Source: Octopus vulgaris
Taxonomy: Eukaryota
Assembly: GCA_951406725.2 (NCBI GenBank)
Contig: OX597819.1
Location: forward strand, 42,098,001 to 42,162,000
Reading direction: 5' to 3'
DNA length: 64,000 nt
Each line of letters begins with the position of its first letter. The stretch's first letter is position 1. Below are positions 1 through 12,613 of this stretch, piece after piece. The notes below the pieces were generated by a model, which was not told where the DNA came from, ran no database searches, and saw nothing but the letters and a program-made list of their open reading frames with translations. The position numbers and the translations under genes were made by a program.

Positions 1-2
1 TA

Positions 3-503
3 CATTGATCCCTCGTTTATCGCAGTAGATTGGTTCCGAGACCGGCCACGATAACTGAATTTCCACAAAGTAGGGACATCATATTTACAGTATTTATTTA
101 ACGTGTATTTGGACTTTTAAAACCCGCCCCGTACTGTTAACAACCCACCCATTACAGTAATCTATTAATAACAAGGACAACTGTTAAGCAATAACACTTT
201 AGATTAAAAAAAAAATAAAGATTGTTACTGTTACACAGGCCAGATTATAAAACAGAAAGCTGTGATTCGTCGTCTCTCTCCATTGCACCAATCACAGCCC
301 ATCTTAAGTTCAAATACCCCTGTATATGCTTTTTCGCTATTTTACACTTGTTTTGTTGTTCCTAGACCAGGAAATAATATTTATTATTAATATCTTAATG
401 GATTTAATGAAAAATTTTAGGTGTTCATAAATATATATATTTTAAAAATCCGTGATGTCGTGAATCTGCGATAGTTGAACTGCGAAGTAGTGAGGGATCA
501 CTG
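3..503. mobile_element. Tigger/pogo-like MITE (uninterrupted copy)
   Basis: Ends TA|CATTGATCCCTCG...GAGGGATCACTG|TA (TIRs plus TA TSD); the same element at 27964-31397 is split by an RTE. Confidence 0.7.
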
Positions 504-1435
504 TATACCTAAGCAACTAATTAGCAATATAATGAGCAATAACATAGACTTCACAAAAGTCAACAGGCATTTCCTTTTCTTCTTTTTTAGTTTATCCTAA
601 GTTACCCCTCGAAATTTAAGAATTTGGTGGAACAAATTAAGAACAAAAGAGAGTAATGAATATTTAGGAACAAACAAAAATAGGGCATTATTCGAATAAG
701 GAAGATGGGATAATTTAGAACAAACTTAAAGAGGATATTGGGGGTGATTTGGGACAAACTAGGAAAGCAATCATTTAGAAAATATAAATTGAGTACCCAA
801 AAGGGCCATACCCACCCTGCCCCATTTTGTTTATCTAAATATCTTATTTATTTACCTTCCAAGGGCTTTTTAGTGTTTTAATTACCCCTCAAAATTTGAG
901 AATATGGGGGAGGGGGGATAAAATAGCGTGCTTCGATCAGATCTCCGTCAAAACTTGTTTATAATCCTAGACATGAAAATCTTCCAGAGAAGATAACATA
1001 AACTGCCCTTGTCAATACACAGCATTGTTTGGGTGCCCTGTTCGCTTAGAATGCAAGAATTAACTACAAGAAGTCCTTCGTTAAAAAATCGTGCGGGTGA
1101 AAAGATCAATGGGGTGGGGATGAAATTTCCGAGGCTTCCACTTGACCCCATCCCGTTTTCTGGACTATAAAAAGGGTTTTGTAGCATATTAGGGGTCACC
1201 AGAATTCATTCAACGGAAAAAAAAATTTCCAATGATTCCGGAAAAAATTTCCAATGATCCCCACTACTTTTTTTCCGAACAAAAATAAGGAGTTTATAGA
1301 ATATTAGGAGGTCAGGGTACTTGATTTTAACTCAAAAAATTCGAGTTTTTTTTTAGTGAAAATCATGCAGGTGAAAGGATCAAAATTTACCGTGGAAACT
1401 ATCCTTCCCTCAAAAAGTAAAAGGGTACTACTTAA

Positions 1436-1688
1436 GAAGAGTAGTGCCGGTGCGCGCACTCGCGCTAGCTAGTCGTTTCTACAACGACTACCTAGCAAAG
1501 TAAATAAAACACAAAATAAATATTTTTTTTACACAAAATAATTTTTTAAAAACAAAATAAAACACAAAAACACAAAGTAAATAATTTTTCTAAACAAAGT
1601 AAACAAAATGCAAAAACACAAAGTAAGGACCGACGAGTCACGACTTGCTAGCGCGGATGCGCGACTACGCTTACCGGGACCACTCTTT
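1436..1688. mobile_element. TTAA-flanked MITE, Kolobok-like ends
   Basis: TTAA|GAAGAGTAGTGCCGG...CCGGGACCACTCTTT|TTAA; cleaner copy at 33173-33409. Confidence 0.55.
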
Positions 1689-1931
1689 TTAAGAAGTACC
1701 AAGTAAAAGAACATGTTCTCTAGTAGGAACGATCTATGTGTGCGCCTTCTTAGATTTTTGTGTCTTTTCCGTTTGCGTTGTGAGAAAATTGCTGCTCCCA
1801 TTTAAGAGAGTCGAAGTTGTGAATTTATTGTTTGTACCAACTGCTTTGAACAGTGCCCGTTGTGAAACGGTGATTTTCGCCCTACGGGGCAGAAAATTTT
1901 GTATTATTTGAAATTTGCTACCTTTGAGGTG

Positions 1932-3356
1932 ATGGAGTTCGACTTAACGTCGAAGGACGATTTTCCCGTGATGGGAAAAGGTGAAACCATGGAAAACCCA
2001 GTAACCAAACAGTCATTCTCGGCCGCGGTGGGCGGCGCTATGATAGAGGTCGAATTCAAGATCGAACAGCTGTATGAATACAGGAATCTTGTAAAGGTGG
2101 AAGGAGGAGAGATAAGGCTGGTACCGCCGCAAGCGAAAGTGCAAGAAATCAAGGAAAGGATTGTAACTTATAAAGTGTATAGCTTTAAGGAAAAAAAGAT
2201 TATGGACGCGAAAAACGAAATTGTTGAGAAGTGCCTGTCCCCGGTGTGGGACAGAATTCGTCACATCGCGAGAGGCGCACGTAGTGCTACGGTAGAGGTG
2301 CACTTCGACACGGCAGAAGTGGCGAAGGAGGTGTCGTCGTTAACCTTAAAAAGCGACGACATCATGTTGTTACCCTCGTATATGGGGAAACGAACTGCAA
2401 AGTTAGTGGTAGATGACATACCCAGAGGGTACGACATCATGTGGGTGGCAGCGGCGGTACTACACAACATGGAGCGGGAAATTTCAATTCTGCAAATGAG
2501 AAGGAAGGAAGTGGTACGCTGGAAGGGTCAGACCTTGGAACTCCTCGTACAGGCAGAGAACAAGATCTTGGAGAGCCTGCCTGACAGAATTTTTAATGAG
2601 GACGGCACGTCCATGAGAGTGTCGGTGGAGGGACGTAGACCCAGATGCTTCAAGTGTGGAGAGAAGGGTCACGTCCGGTCCAACTGCATTAAGAAAAAAA
2701 GAACAGAAGAAACGCCTCCTCAAAGTGTACCTGTCACTGAAGGGGAGGAAACAAGCAAGAACAACCAAATGAAGAAGACAAGTACGGAAACGAAAACGGA
2801 TTCAAAAGAACCAATGGACTACACACAAGTCACACACAAAAGAAAAAAAGAGAACACCCAGGACTCCCCTCCCCAAACAAGGAAAAAAACAACAAACACA
2901 GCAGACACACACATTAAACAAATCCCCCAACCCTACCCCCATGGCACTGTTTTCATTGGAAAACAGTTTGCCAAACCCCTCCCCATAAAACAAGACATCA
3001 AAAAGTGCATATCGAAAAACGAAAGAATTATAGCCTTTGATGAAAAAAATGAAAAAGTTTACAAATGCTGCAAACTCGCGAGATTTCCACTGTATAGTAG
3101 AACCTCAGATGGGAAGGCGACCGCTCGTTTCGCGAAGGTAGGGGAGAACGAGTGGAAGGAGGAGGTTCTTCAGGAACACCTGAGGAACCGTCTTATTAGA
3201 GATGTAACCAAGGAGGTAATGGAGGGTAAACTGGCAATAACTCCGGCAACCACACCCACCCAGAGCCCAGTGGCAACGCCGGTCAAGAACCCTGCAGCAA
3301 CGGAAGAAAGGGAAGCAGGCAGATTGAAACTGTCATGCTCCCTCTCGCAACCGTGA
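1932..3356 (+). CDS. Tx1 ORF1p, gag-like with CCHC zinc knuckle
   Basis: Open frame containing CFKCGEKGHVRSNC (CX2CX4HX4C); first ATG at 1932; homologous to ORF at 39466. Confidence 0.9.
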   Translation: MEFDLTSKDDFPVMGKGETMENPVTKQSFSAAVGGAMIEVEFKIEQLYEYRNLVKVEGGEIRLVPPQAKVQEIKERIVTYKVYSFKEKKIMDAKNEIVEKCLSPVWDRIRHIARGARSATVEVHFDTAEVAKEVSSLTLKSDDIMLLPSYMGKRTAKLVVDDIPRGYDIMWVAAAVLHNMEREISILQMRRKEVVRWKGQTLELLVQAENKILESLPDRIFNEDGTSMRVSVEGRRPRCFKCGEKGHVRSNCIKKKRTEETPPQSVPVTEGEETSKNNQMKKTSTETKTDSKEPMDYTQVTHKRKKENTQDSPPQTRKKTTNTADTHIKQIPQPYPHGTVFIGKQFAKPLPIKQDIKKCISKNERIIAFDEKNEKVYKCCKLARFPLYSRTSDGKATARFAKVGENEWKEEVLQEHLRNRLIRDVTKEVMEGKLAITPATTPTQSPVATPVKNPAATEEREAGRLKLSCSLSQP

Positions 3357-3384
3357 GTATATACATTTCCTTCTCTCACCCACA

Positions 3385-6300
3385 ATGGCTAAGCTGGGCT
3401 GTATAAATGTACGTGGAATGGGGTCGAAACGGAAACAAATTTGTTTCCTGGACGACCTCACGACACACGATATAGATATTGCTGTTGCAACCGAGTCCAA
3501 GATGAGCGAGACCCAAGCGTTCTCGCCTCTTCTAAATGGTTTCGAGAAATTTATTTCTCCTAGCCGAGGAAGAGGCAGAGGCGTGGCAGTCTTCATCAGG
3601 AAGAGCTTGGACGTGCAGGTAAGTACTGTCTTTCTGGACCCAGAAGGTAGGCTGGTTGTCCTGGATGTGACTCACGCAAGTAAACAGTCCTTCAGGTTGG
3701 GAGCTGTCTACGCCCCGAACGAGGGCAGACAGACGGGTTTCTTTCGGAACCTGGAGCCCTTTCTAGCGACGTCAAAAACAGTAATCCTAGTAGGGGACTT
3801 TAACACTGTCCTTGAAGCGCACATCGACAATGTTGGCTCAACCAATAGGAAGGGGAACCCTAGCCTCAAGGGCCTACTAGAGAGCTTTGATCTAGTGGAC
3901 CGTTACCGACTGGATGAGCCGAGCGTTCCACAGTGGACGTGGAGTAACAACGACGGCTCACACAGATCGTACCTAGATAGGATAATTATTAAGAAAAGAG
4001 ATAAGGATACGGTTAGTTGTCCACAATTTCATATTGTACCTTACTCGGATCACAAGTTTGTGACGTGTGAGGTGCAATTAGACAAGTGTCATAGACAGGG
4101 ACCCGGGTACTGGAAGCTGAACAAGGCTATTTTGAATTGTGAAGACTTCCGTTCCCGGATTAAGGTGTTAGTTCAGAGGGCATTGTGTGGCACCATCACT
4201 AATAATAGATGGTGGCACGCCCTCAAAAGAGCCATTCGTTTAGAGTCCGTCAGATTTAGCAATCAGCTAAGGATAGATAGGGCTAGTCTAGAGGGTGATT
4301 TAGTTAAGAATCTAGACGAGGCAATGGAAGCTGGCTCTGCATCCGGAGTGTTGGCGGCAAGGACGGTATTATACCGTCACCTTAACTCCAAACACGAGGG
4401 TTGCAGAGTCAGAGCTAAGCTGCGCGCTGGAAAACGAGAAGGCATTAACGTAGCCGGATGGGCCCGTCGTGTGGAGAGTAAGAGAGGCAATAGAGCCTCA
4501 ATCAAATCTTTGACTGACGAACAGGGACAAAAGATCTATGGACAGGAGGAGATGCAAAAGTTCCTTCACCAGCACTTCGCTCGCGTGTTCGGGGGTGGCG
4601 GTTCGCTGGATCGGGGGAGGGCCTTAAAGGACTTCCTGGCCGGCGGACCGCGGCTTGCGGGGCGTGAAGTGGAGTGCTGTGAAGGAGCGATCACTCCCGC
4701 GGAGATAAAGGAGATTCTGGCCGGATGCGCCGGGGAGAAGTCGCCGGGGTTGGATGGTCTGCCCTACGAGTTTTACCAAAGTATGCCGGACTTGTTCGGG
4801 GAGATACTGGCAGGCGTCTACACAAACTGGCAGCAGAATGGGAGAATTCCCAGCTCTGTAAGCCGGGGAGTGGTGACGCTAATCCGGAAAGACCCGAGCA
4901 AGGGGGATAATATTAGTAACTACAGGCCCATAACTCTACTTAATGTAGAGTTAAAGATTTTGGCCAAGGTGTTAGCAAAAAGGTTGACGGTTGTCGTGGA
5001 GAAACTTGTAGGGAGAGCACAGACATGTGCAATTCCAGGCAGGTCGATCCAGGACAATCTTCACCTTATACGCTACACCCTAGATAGGGTGGGTAAATTA
5101 GCTGGCAAAGGTGGGGTAATGGTCCACTTAGACCAAAGTAAAGCCTTCGATAGGGTAGACCACGGGTACCTGGCGACGGTCCTCGAAGCGACTGGGCTGG
5201 GCCCTGAATTTCGCGGGTGGATCTCCGCTATGTATAGCGGCATCAAGTCCACCGTCCAGATAAACGGTTACCTAACGGAACCGTTTTCGATCAAGTGTTC
5301 AGTGCGTCAGGGGTGCCCCTTGTCACCACTTTTGTATGTATTGGCTCTTGAGCCACTGCTGCGAAGGTTGGAAAGGCTGGGGAGTAACTCGGATGAAATC
5401 GGAGGCGGGAGGACGGTGACTGCTTACGCGGATGACGTCACCCTCATCGTGTCCAAAGAGGCCCAACTACCTTGTGTGGAGGAGGTTATCAGAGGATACG
5501 AGGCGGTGGCAGGAGCAAAGGTTAACAAGGACAAATCGGTTGGCTTGCGCCTCGGCACCTGGAGGAGCAAGCCGATATCGTCCAGTGTCGTGGGACACTG
5601 GACGGATGGCCCTGTTAAGTTGCTGGGAGTTTGGTTTGGACCAGACTCCCAAACGGAGAAGAACTGGAGCGAGGTGACGAGCAGGGTGGAGGCCATAGTA
5701 CGGACCTGGTCCGGAAGGTCTCTGTCCCTGAAAGGAAAGGCGGAGGTGGTGCAGATGTTTATTGCATCTGTAATCACCTACCGCCTGACCGTTGTCCCTT
5801 GCCCCGATTCATGGCTTAACAAGTTGGAACGAATCCTTTTCCGCTTTTTGTGGAAAGGAGGAAAGCCACTTGTGAGACGATCCGTTTGCTGCCAAGAACC
5901 GTTAAAGGGCGGGTTAGGGATGCCTTGGTTGGATGATGCGCAGACATGCGTTGAGGCTAAGGCACCTCTGGCACCACCTGGAGGGTGATAAGGTGTGGAG
6001 TCCGCTGGCAGAGGGATTTTTCCCGAGACCGGCCTCCTTAGTTAATTTTAAACCCGGTTACATCAAAAGATGGAAACTGACTCCATGGCAAAAAGAGTGC
6101 CGACAGGCACTCACGCTGATCCACAAGACGGGTAAGGCCGGCTGCGGAAATACCACCTCGGTATTTTATAGAGGGCTGGTGGAGGTAAAAAATGACGACG
6201 TCCTAGGAGGGGCTCTGGGGTTTGATGAAGACCAGCTCGCCAACCTGTTTAAAAAAACTTTCAGGTCGGGGTATTTGGATAATTTCCAAAGATCCCTGGC

Positions 6301-6775
6301 CTGGCAGTGCTACAGGAATGCTTTACCTGTTCGCGAGAAGTTATCGCGGCACGGAGTTCAAGTGCCACCGACGTGTCCAAGGTGCGGGTTGGACGATGAA
6401 ACCGTCCAGCACGCCTTTGTTCACTGTCGGAAGTTGTCCGACTTGATAAGTTACGCAGAACACGTGTTGTCCCATCTGGGACGAGTACAGCTGTCGGCTG
6501 AGTCTATGATTAAGATGATACCGCCAACTGGACTCTCGAAGGAAGGTGAGGCATGTTTCCACTGCACGGTGGCAGTGGTAAAGGAATGCATGTGGAGAAC
6601 GAGAATGGAAGGAGCCGCGATAGGGTCCTTCATCTCCGGACCCGGCTTGCTCACTTACTTCAGATATCATCTGAAGAGCAAAATGGGGCTGGAGAGGAGG
6701 ACCCTGCCGCGGGGTGTGTACGAGAAAAGATGGAAGGAAGTAGAAAGAAAGGTGGGTGTGAGAAACCCAGCTTGA
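3385..6775 (+). CDS. Tx1 ORF2p: APE endonuclease, reverse transcriptase, C-terminal Cys-rich domain; one +1 frameshift near 5930
   Basis: INVRG, GDFN, YLDRI, SDH (APE); KSPGLDG, YRPITLLN, LDQSKAFD, QGCPLSP, YADD (RT); CPRC...HAFVHC in 5933-6775. The paralogue reads PWLKMRRHAL straight through the break. Confidence 0.92.
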
Positions 6776-8004
6776 TCATGGAGGAGAGAGAGGAAGTGGA
6801 AGCTGCAGGGCCTCACAAATTGCCGGGGTGTAAAAACGCCAGTGAGACGACAAGGTTACCTACTGTTGTTTGCTATACTAGTTAAGCAAAGGTTAATATT
6901 TTTATAACGAATTTAAACAATTTTTAAACGATTCTCTTAAATGTTTTTGTATGTATGTCCTGTATTTGTAATTCTGTGTACCGATTTTTATAATCGTAAT
7001 AAAGAAATATCTAGTAGGAACGATTATTTTAAAAATAGCTTCGACTACGTGTTGCTTAATGTGTGCAGGTGACAAACTGAAGCAAAAATGTAAAAAGTGG
7101 AATGGTTTAGTGAAAAGCGAAACAATACAAAACAGAAACTGGGATACAAAGGCAAAACTGTACAAGAGTTGAACAATATCAGCAGAATGGTCACAGTTGA
7201 AACACCTTTGTAATTTCCTATCATAGTAAATGCTTTTGTAAAAACATACGTACACAAACTATGAATGTAGCAGTATGATGAAAGAAAATAAAAAAATATT
7301 TCGTCGTTTCCATTTTAATTTTTGCATACACTTCTGAATCGTCAATGAAAATATCCAACATGCATACATCGGGCACACGAATTAGTTTGAATCAAAATTA
7401 CCTGCTAACTGGATGTGAGCAGCCATGACTTATTATACTTTTTTTCAGAATACTGAATCTGTGAAGCCGGGTAAAAAAACAATGTTACTAATTTATATGC
7501 ACAAGCAGAATTAATTAAAAACCAGTTCTTGTAACGTTGACTGTTGGAGAAATATGTACTTGAAGTTAGCAACTGTAAATGAGTTTATATTCCGAGGCCG
7601 AGAATGATAGAAATTACGGGAACAACTGAAAGTAATTCCGTGAAAAACTTGAATGTAATTCCGCGAAAAATAAACTGAAAGTAATTCTACGAATTGACAA
7701 GTCGATCATACTTTTCGGTAAAAAGGATAGAAAAAACTTTGAAAATATTTTCATAGGCGCAGGAGTGACTGTGTGGTAAGTAGCTTGCTAACCAGCCACA
7801 TGGTTCCGGGTTCAGTCCCACTGCGTGGCATCTTGGGCATGTGTCTTCTACTATAGCCTCGGGCCGACCAATGCCTTGTGAATAATTCCGCGAAAAACTT
7901 GAATGTAATTCCGCGAAAAATAAGCTGAAAGTAATTCTACGAATTGACAAGTTGATCATACTTTTCGGTAAAAAGGATAGAAAAAACTTTGAAAATATTT
8001 TCAT

Positions 8005-8415
8005 AGGCGCAGGAGTGGCTGTGTGGTAAGTAGCTTGCTAACCAACCACATGGTTCCGGGTTCAGTCCACTGCGTGGCATCTTGGCAAGTGTCTTCTACT
8101 ATAGCCTGCGAAAAACTTGAATGTAATTCCGCGAAAAATAAGCTGAAAGTAATTCTATGAATTGAAAGAAGCCCGTCGTATATATGTATTTATGTGTTTG
8201 TATGTTAGTGTGTCTGTGTTTGTCCCCCTAGCATTGCTTGACGACCGATGCTGGTGTGTTTACGTCCCCGTCACGTAGCGGTTCGGCAAAAGAGACCGAT
8301 AGATAAGTACTGGGCTTACAAAGAATAAGTCTCGCGGTCGATTTGCTCGACTAAAGGCGGTGCTCCAGCATGGCCGCAGTCAAATGACTGAAACAAGTAA
8401 AAGAGTAAAGAGAGT
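8005..8415 (+). mobile_element. tRNA-derived SINE (rearranged; partial head also at 7755-7880)
   Basis: A box TGGCTGTGTGG, B-box-like GGTTCAGTCC, tail GGCGGTGCTCCAGCATGGCCGCAG...AAAGAGT repeats. Confidence 0.8.
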
Positions 8416-8645
8416 GTACTAAAAAGTTTGTGATTTAACGTAGATTTAGCTGTTGTTTCTAGCACATCCCTTGACCACATGGTACTTTCCTTGCATGTAT
8501 TGATGTTTTCAATATTTTTCTTCCCGTAAACACATTTTGTTTAGTCCAAACAGTGACCCATTACTAGGATTTAATCAACAACAAAAAAATCTTGTAATTA
8601 AAATTTTTTAAGCGAGTCTCTGGGTGGTGGGTGCGCGCGTGTAAA

Positions 8646-9017
8646 TATATAGATCCACGCCCAGGTGGCAAAAATGGAAAAAAATATGTGTAACAGGTGT
8701 AAGGCATCGTATATTGAAGGAATATGACGAAAAAAAAAGCGCGCTGAGAAACGGGGAGTGGGAAGGGGGCTCGGAAAATTCCCACGATCAACCGTAGAGG
8801 ATCCGAGCAATAAACCTCAACACCCGGTCGCAGGAGCGCAACAGAAACCGTCTAAATACTTCTCATGCAATGTGTATACAACAAATATCGAGAAAAAAAT
8901 GCGCGCTGACAAACGGGGGCGTGGGGAGGGGGCTCGGAAAATACCCACGATCAACCGTAGAGGATCCGAGCAATAAACCTCAACACCCGGTCGCAGGAGC
9001 GCAACAGAAACCGTCTG
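8646..9017 (+). repeat. Left arm of long modular inverted repeat (partner 13477-13816)
   Basis: TATATAGATCCACGCCCAGGTGGC... is the reverse complement of ...GCCACCTGGGCGTGGATCTATATA; an internal module repeats twice. Confidence 0.85.
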
Positions 9018-9018
9018 A

Positions 9019-12000
9019 ATGGAGATGAAGAACCCAAGGAAGAAATAGAGGGAGGAAGAACTAAAAGAAGGACTAAAAGAACTAAAGGAAAAGCTCAAGC
9101 AGGACCAAAGGGTGAAACAGCCAGGAATAGAAGTGGAACCACAAAGGATGGAAACAAACAGCGCACACGGGTGTGTAGGTATACCTGAGAGGTACCTGCT
9201 GGCATGGAGAGGAAGGTGCAGGCTGCTGCTTTGCACATCGGGGACCCTGCCACAGAGACACGAAACAGATAAGAAACAAACCATCAACAAAAGGAAAAGG
9301 GATGGACCACGCACCACCTGCCCCAAAACGGAGGTACGCAGATGTGGTGCGTGCCACAAACCGCCAACATGATGTTGTTGAAAGGGCAGCTGCTGAGCAA
9401 GAATCTTTTTTGTGCATGGCACAAAAGATTGTACAGCAGCTAACCTAGCTTCATCAAACCCAAGCTCGCAGGTGGGACTACCCACAATATACAAGACCAC
9501 CACAGCAAACAGACCCAAGATGGACACCGCCGGCAACAACATACACCTCACCTCGATGCTCCTACTGAACATCAGAGGACTGCAAACACTCAGCAACAGG
9601 ACAAAAATCCCGTTCTTGAGAGACTTTGTTGCATGCAATCAAGCCTTATGCATAGCACTTACGGAAACGCACCTGAAACCGGACATAGCAGATGCGGAAT
9701 TACACATACCACAGTATGTTGTACTACGGACCGACAGAAAAGAAAGGAGTCATGGAGGAGTTGCTATGTACATCCGTGAGGACCTCACACCCCAGGTCCT
9801 TTTGTCATACTCAAACTCGGTGTGTGACACACTAATTGTACATATAAGGCAACTTGATGTAGTTGTGTGTGCTACATATCGCCCTCCAGATGCCCCAAGC
9901 CATGTAGGCAAGTTTGAAGACTGCCTTATAAAAATAGAAGAAGTTCTAATCACATTAGAACAACACATAAGTGTACTTCTTATGGGAGACTTCAATCTAC
10001 CCAATGTCAGATGGCCCGAGGGCCTTTCTCTCCCAGGAATGACAAGATGTGAACGAGGACAGGCGAGGTCCCTCCTGAACCTCATCAACACCCTGTACAT
10101 GGAGCAAGCAATACTCCAACCAACCAGGGCAGGTAACACACTGGATCTCTGCTTCACAAATAATATGGATCTCATCCATAATGTGAAAGTGACACCGACA
10201 CTACTCTCGGATCACAACATGGTAGAGCTGACCATGTACGGGCCAAAAGAAAGCACGGACATGCAGCCTACAAGAAACCCTCAGAATCTTTCCAGCTTGA
10301 ACTACCATAAGGCAAACTGGAAACAAATTGAGAAAGAGATCCTCAAACAAAACTGGCCTGAATGTCTCTCCTCGACAGACATCGACGTGAAACTTCAGCA
10401 ATTCATGTCTGTAATGCAAGCCATATGCTACAAATGTGTCCCAGAGAGAAAGGCCACTGTACACAAGAACAAAATCCCCAGAGAGAGAAAATTTTAATGA
10501 GACGGCGTACAAAAATTTCAAATCGCCTAAACAAACAAACTGAAAGCAGTGAAAAGTCCCGCCTGAAAATAAAACTGTTGGAAATTGAAAAATGTCTGCA
10601 ACTCTCCCATGAAAAGGAAAGAGCAGACAAAGAAGCCTGGGCTATAGACAACATAAAATCTAACCCCAGAGCTTTCTACAGGTATGCCAAAGAAACAGCT
10701 ACGGTGCGCTGTAGGATAGGGCCACTCCTTGAAAAGGATGGCACACTCACAGGAAAACCAATGAGGGTAAGTGAAATACTGAATGAGCAATTCAAGAGTG
10801 TTTTCACTCCACCCTTGGGCATTTCCAAATCACCAATCCAACTGACTTCTTTACCACTGCAGATATAAAATCAGAGGCGGCGACGATAAATTACATCGAT
10901 ATAAAGGAAGACGATGTAATAAAGGCTATAGATGAAATGAAAACAGACTCAGCTACTGGCTCCAATGGATTCCCGGCAATCCTCCTAAAAGTATGTAAGA
11001 GAGTCCTAGCAAGACCACTGCAGTTCCTCTTTCAGAGCTTCCTTGCAGCTGGCAAACTTCCAAGAAAACTGAAGGAAGGTAAAATATGCCCTATTCATAA
11101 AGGAGGTAGCAGAGCGGAGGCCAAGAACTACAGACCTATCTCTCTGACCTCACACATCAGCAAGGTCATGGAACGAATAGTCAGAAGGAAACTGATCACC
11201 TTCCTTGAAGAAAATGACTTGCTGCCCGACACTCAACATGGTTTCCGACCAGGGAGAAGCTCTTTAACTCAGCTCCTACAACACTATGACTGGGTGCTGA
11301 AACGACTGCTCAACCACTCAAATGTGGAAGTGATATATCTCGACTTTGCAAAGGCCTTTGATAAAGTCGATCATGGAATGATATGTCACAAACTGCGTGA
11401 TCTCAACATAGTTGGAAAACTGGGAGAATGGCTTCATGACCTTCTGAAAGATAGAAGTCAGGTGGTAGTAGCCAATGAGGCCACTTCCATTAACACGCAA
11501 ATAGTGAGCGGTGTTCCGCAGGGCACTGTTTTGGGACCACTACTGTTCATAATGGCCCTCTCAGACATGCTCTCAGCCATGCAGAGAGCCACGATCACAA
11601 GTTATGCAGATGATACAAAAGTTTCACAGGCAATACAGAACCCTGAGGACACTAAACGCCTGCAATGTGAGCTGGACAAAATATACAAGTGGGCTGAAAA
11701 GAATAGCATGCAGTTCAATGCTGAAAAGTTTCAAGCTTTATACTATCAGCATGCAAAAATAAATGCAATACCCAATGAATACACTGGACCCGGAGGAATT
11801 GCAATCCCAGAGGCACAATCAGTGCATGACCTGGGTATTTACATGAGTGATGACGCAACCTTTCATGTACATGTTGCTAAATTGGCAATGAAATGTAGAC
11901 GACTGGCCGGATGGATTCTCAGAACCTTTAGAACAAGAAACCATGATGGTCCTCTGGAGGACACTTGTCCTAAGCCACTTTGACTATTGCTCTCAGTTAT

Positions 12001-12600
12001 GGTCACCATCCAGTGTCAAGTTGATCACAGAACTTGAGGTGATCCAACGAAGCTACACGAAGAAGATAGCCTCTATGCAGAATATAAGCTACTGGGAAAG
12101 ACTCAAGAGATTAAAACTCTATTCCTTGGAGCGTAGGCGAGAAAGATATGCCACATAATATACATCTGGAAGATCCTGGAGGGACTTGTCCCAAACTTTG
12201 GCATCGAGAGTTACACAAATGCCAGAACTGGGCGGCACTGCGTGGTGCCTAGGACTCCAAATTTGCCATCAAGATGTAGGACAAGATACTGTGATAGCCT
12301 GGGCTTCCGAGGCCCACAGCTCTTCAATATCCTCCCGAAGAACCTAAGAGACCTGCATGGGGTGGATGCAGATGTCTTTAAAATGAAACTGGATCTCTTC
12401 CTGTCAGGTATCCCAGATGAACCAACTTCACGGCAGGTGGTGCAGATGAGGGCAGCTGCATCGAACTCTCTCATGCACCAAATGGCAGTTGCTAAAAAGC
12501 TTTCGTGAAGTAAAACCATGTAGCAACACCAAATGGCGGTGCCCCAGCATGGCCACAGCTCATGAGCTGAAACTAGAATCAATCAATCAATCAATCAATC
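9019..12600 (+). mobile_element. CR1-type LINE, degraded
   Basis: APE (LNIRGL, ETHL, GDFN, LDLCF, SDH) 9412-10497; RT (YRPISLTS, LDFAKAFD, SGVPQGTVLGP, YADD) 10937-11983; several frameshifts; (AATC)n tail ~12577-12600. Confidence 0.88.
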
Positions 12601-12613
12601 ATATATATATAGA

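Larger units (their letters stand above)
1734..7009 (+). mobile_element. Full-length Tx1-type (L1 clade) non-LTR retrotransposon
   Basis: ORF1 + ORF2; 15-bp TSD TCTAGTAGGAACGAT at 1719-1733 and 7010-7024; empty site at ~33440-33454; ends AATAAAGAAATA. Confidence 0.95.

Noticed and set aside
5925-5990. Programmed frameshift in Tx1 ORF2
   Set aside because: No slippery sequence, and the paralogous element reads through in frame; a mutation or sequencing error is simpler.
8005-8085. tRNA gene
   Set aside because: The A/B boxes are the head of a multi-copy SINE; no complete cloverleaf.
8817-9638. 273-aa minus-strand ORF
   Set aside because: Antisense to the CR1 and the repeat arm; no recognisable motif.
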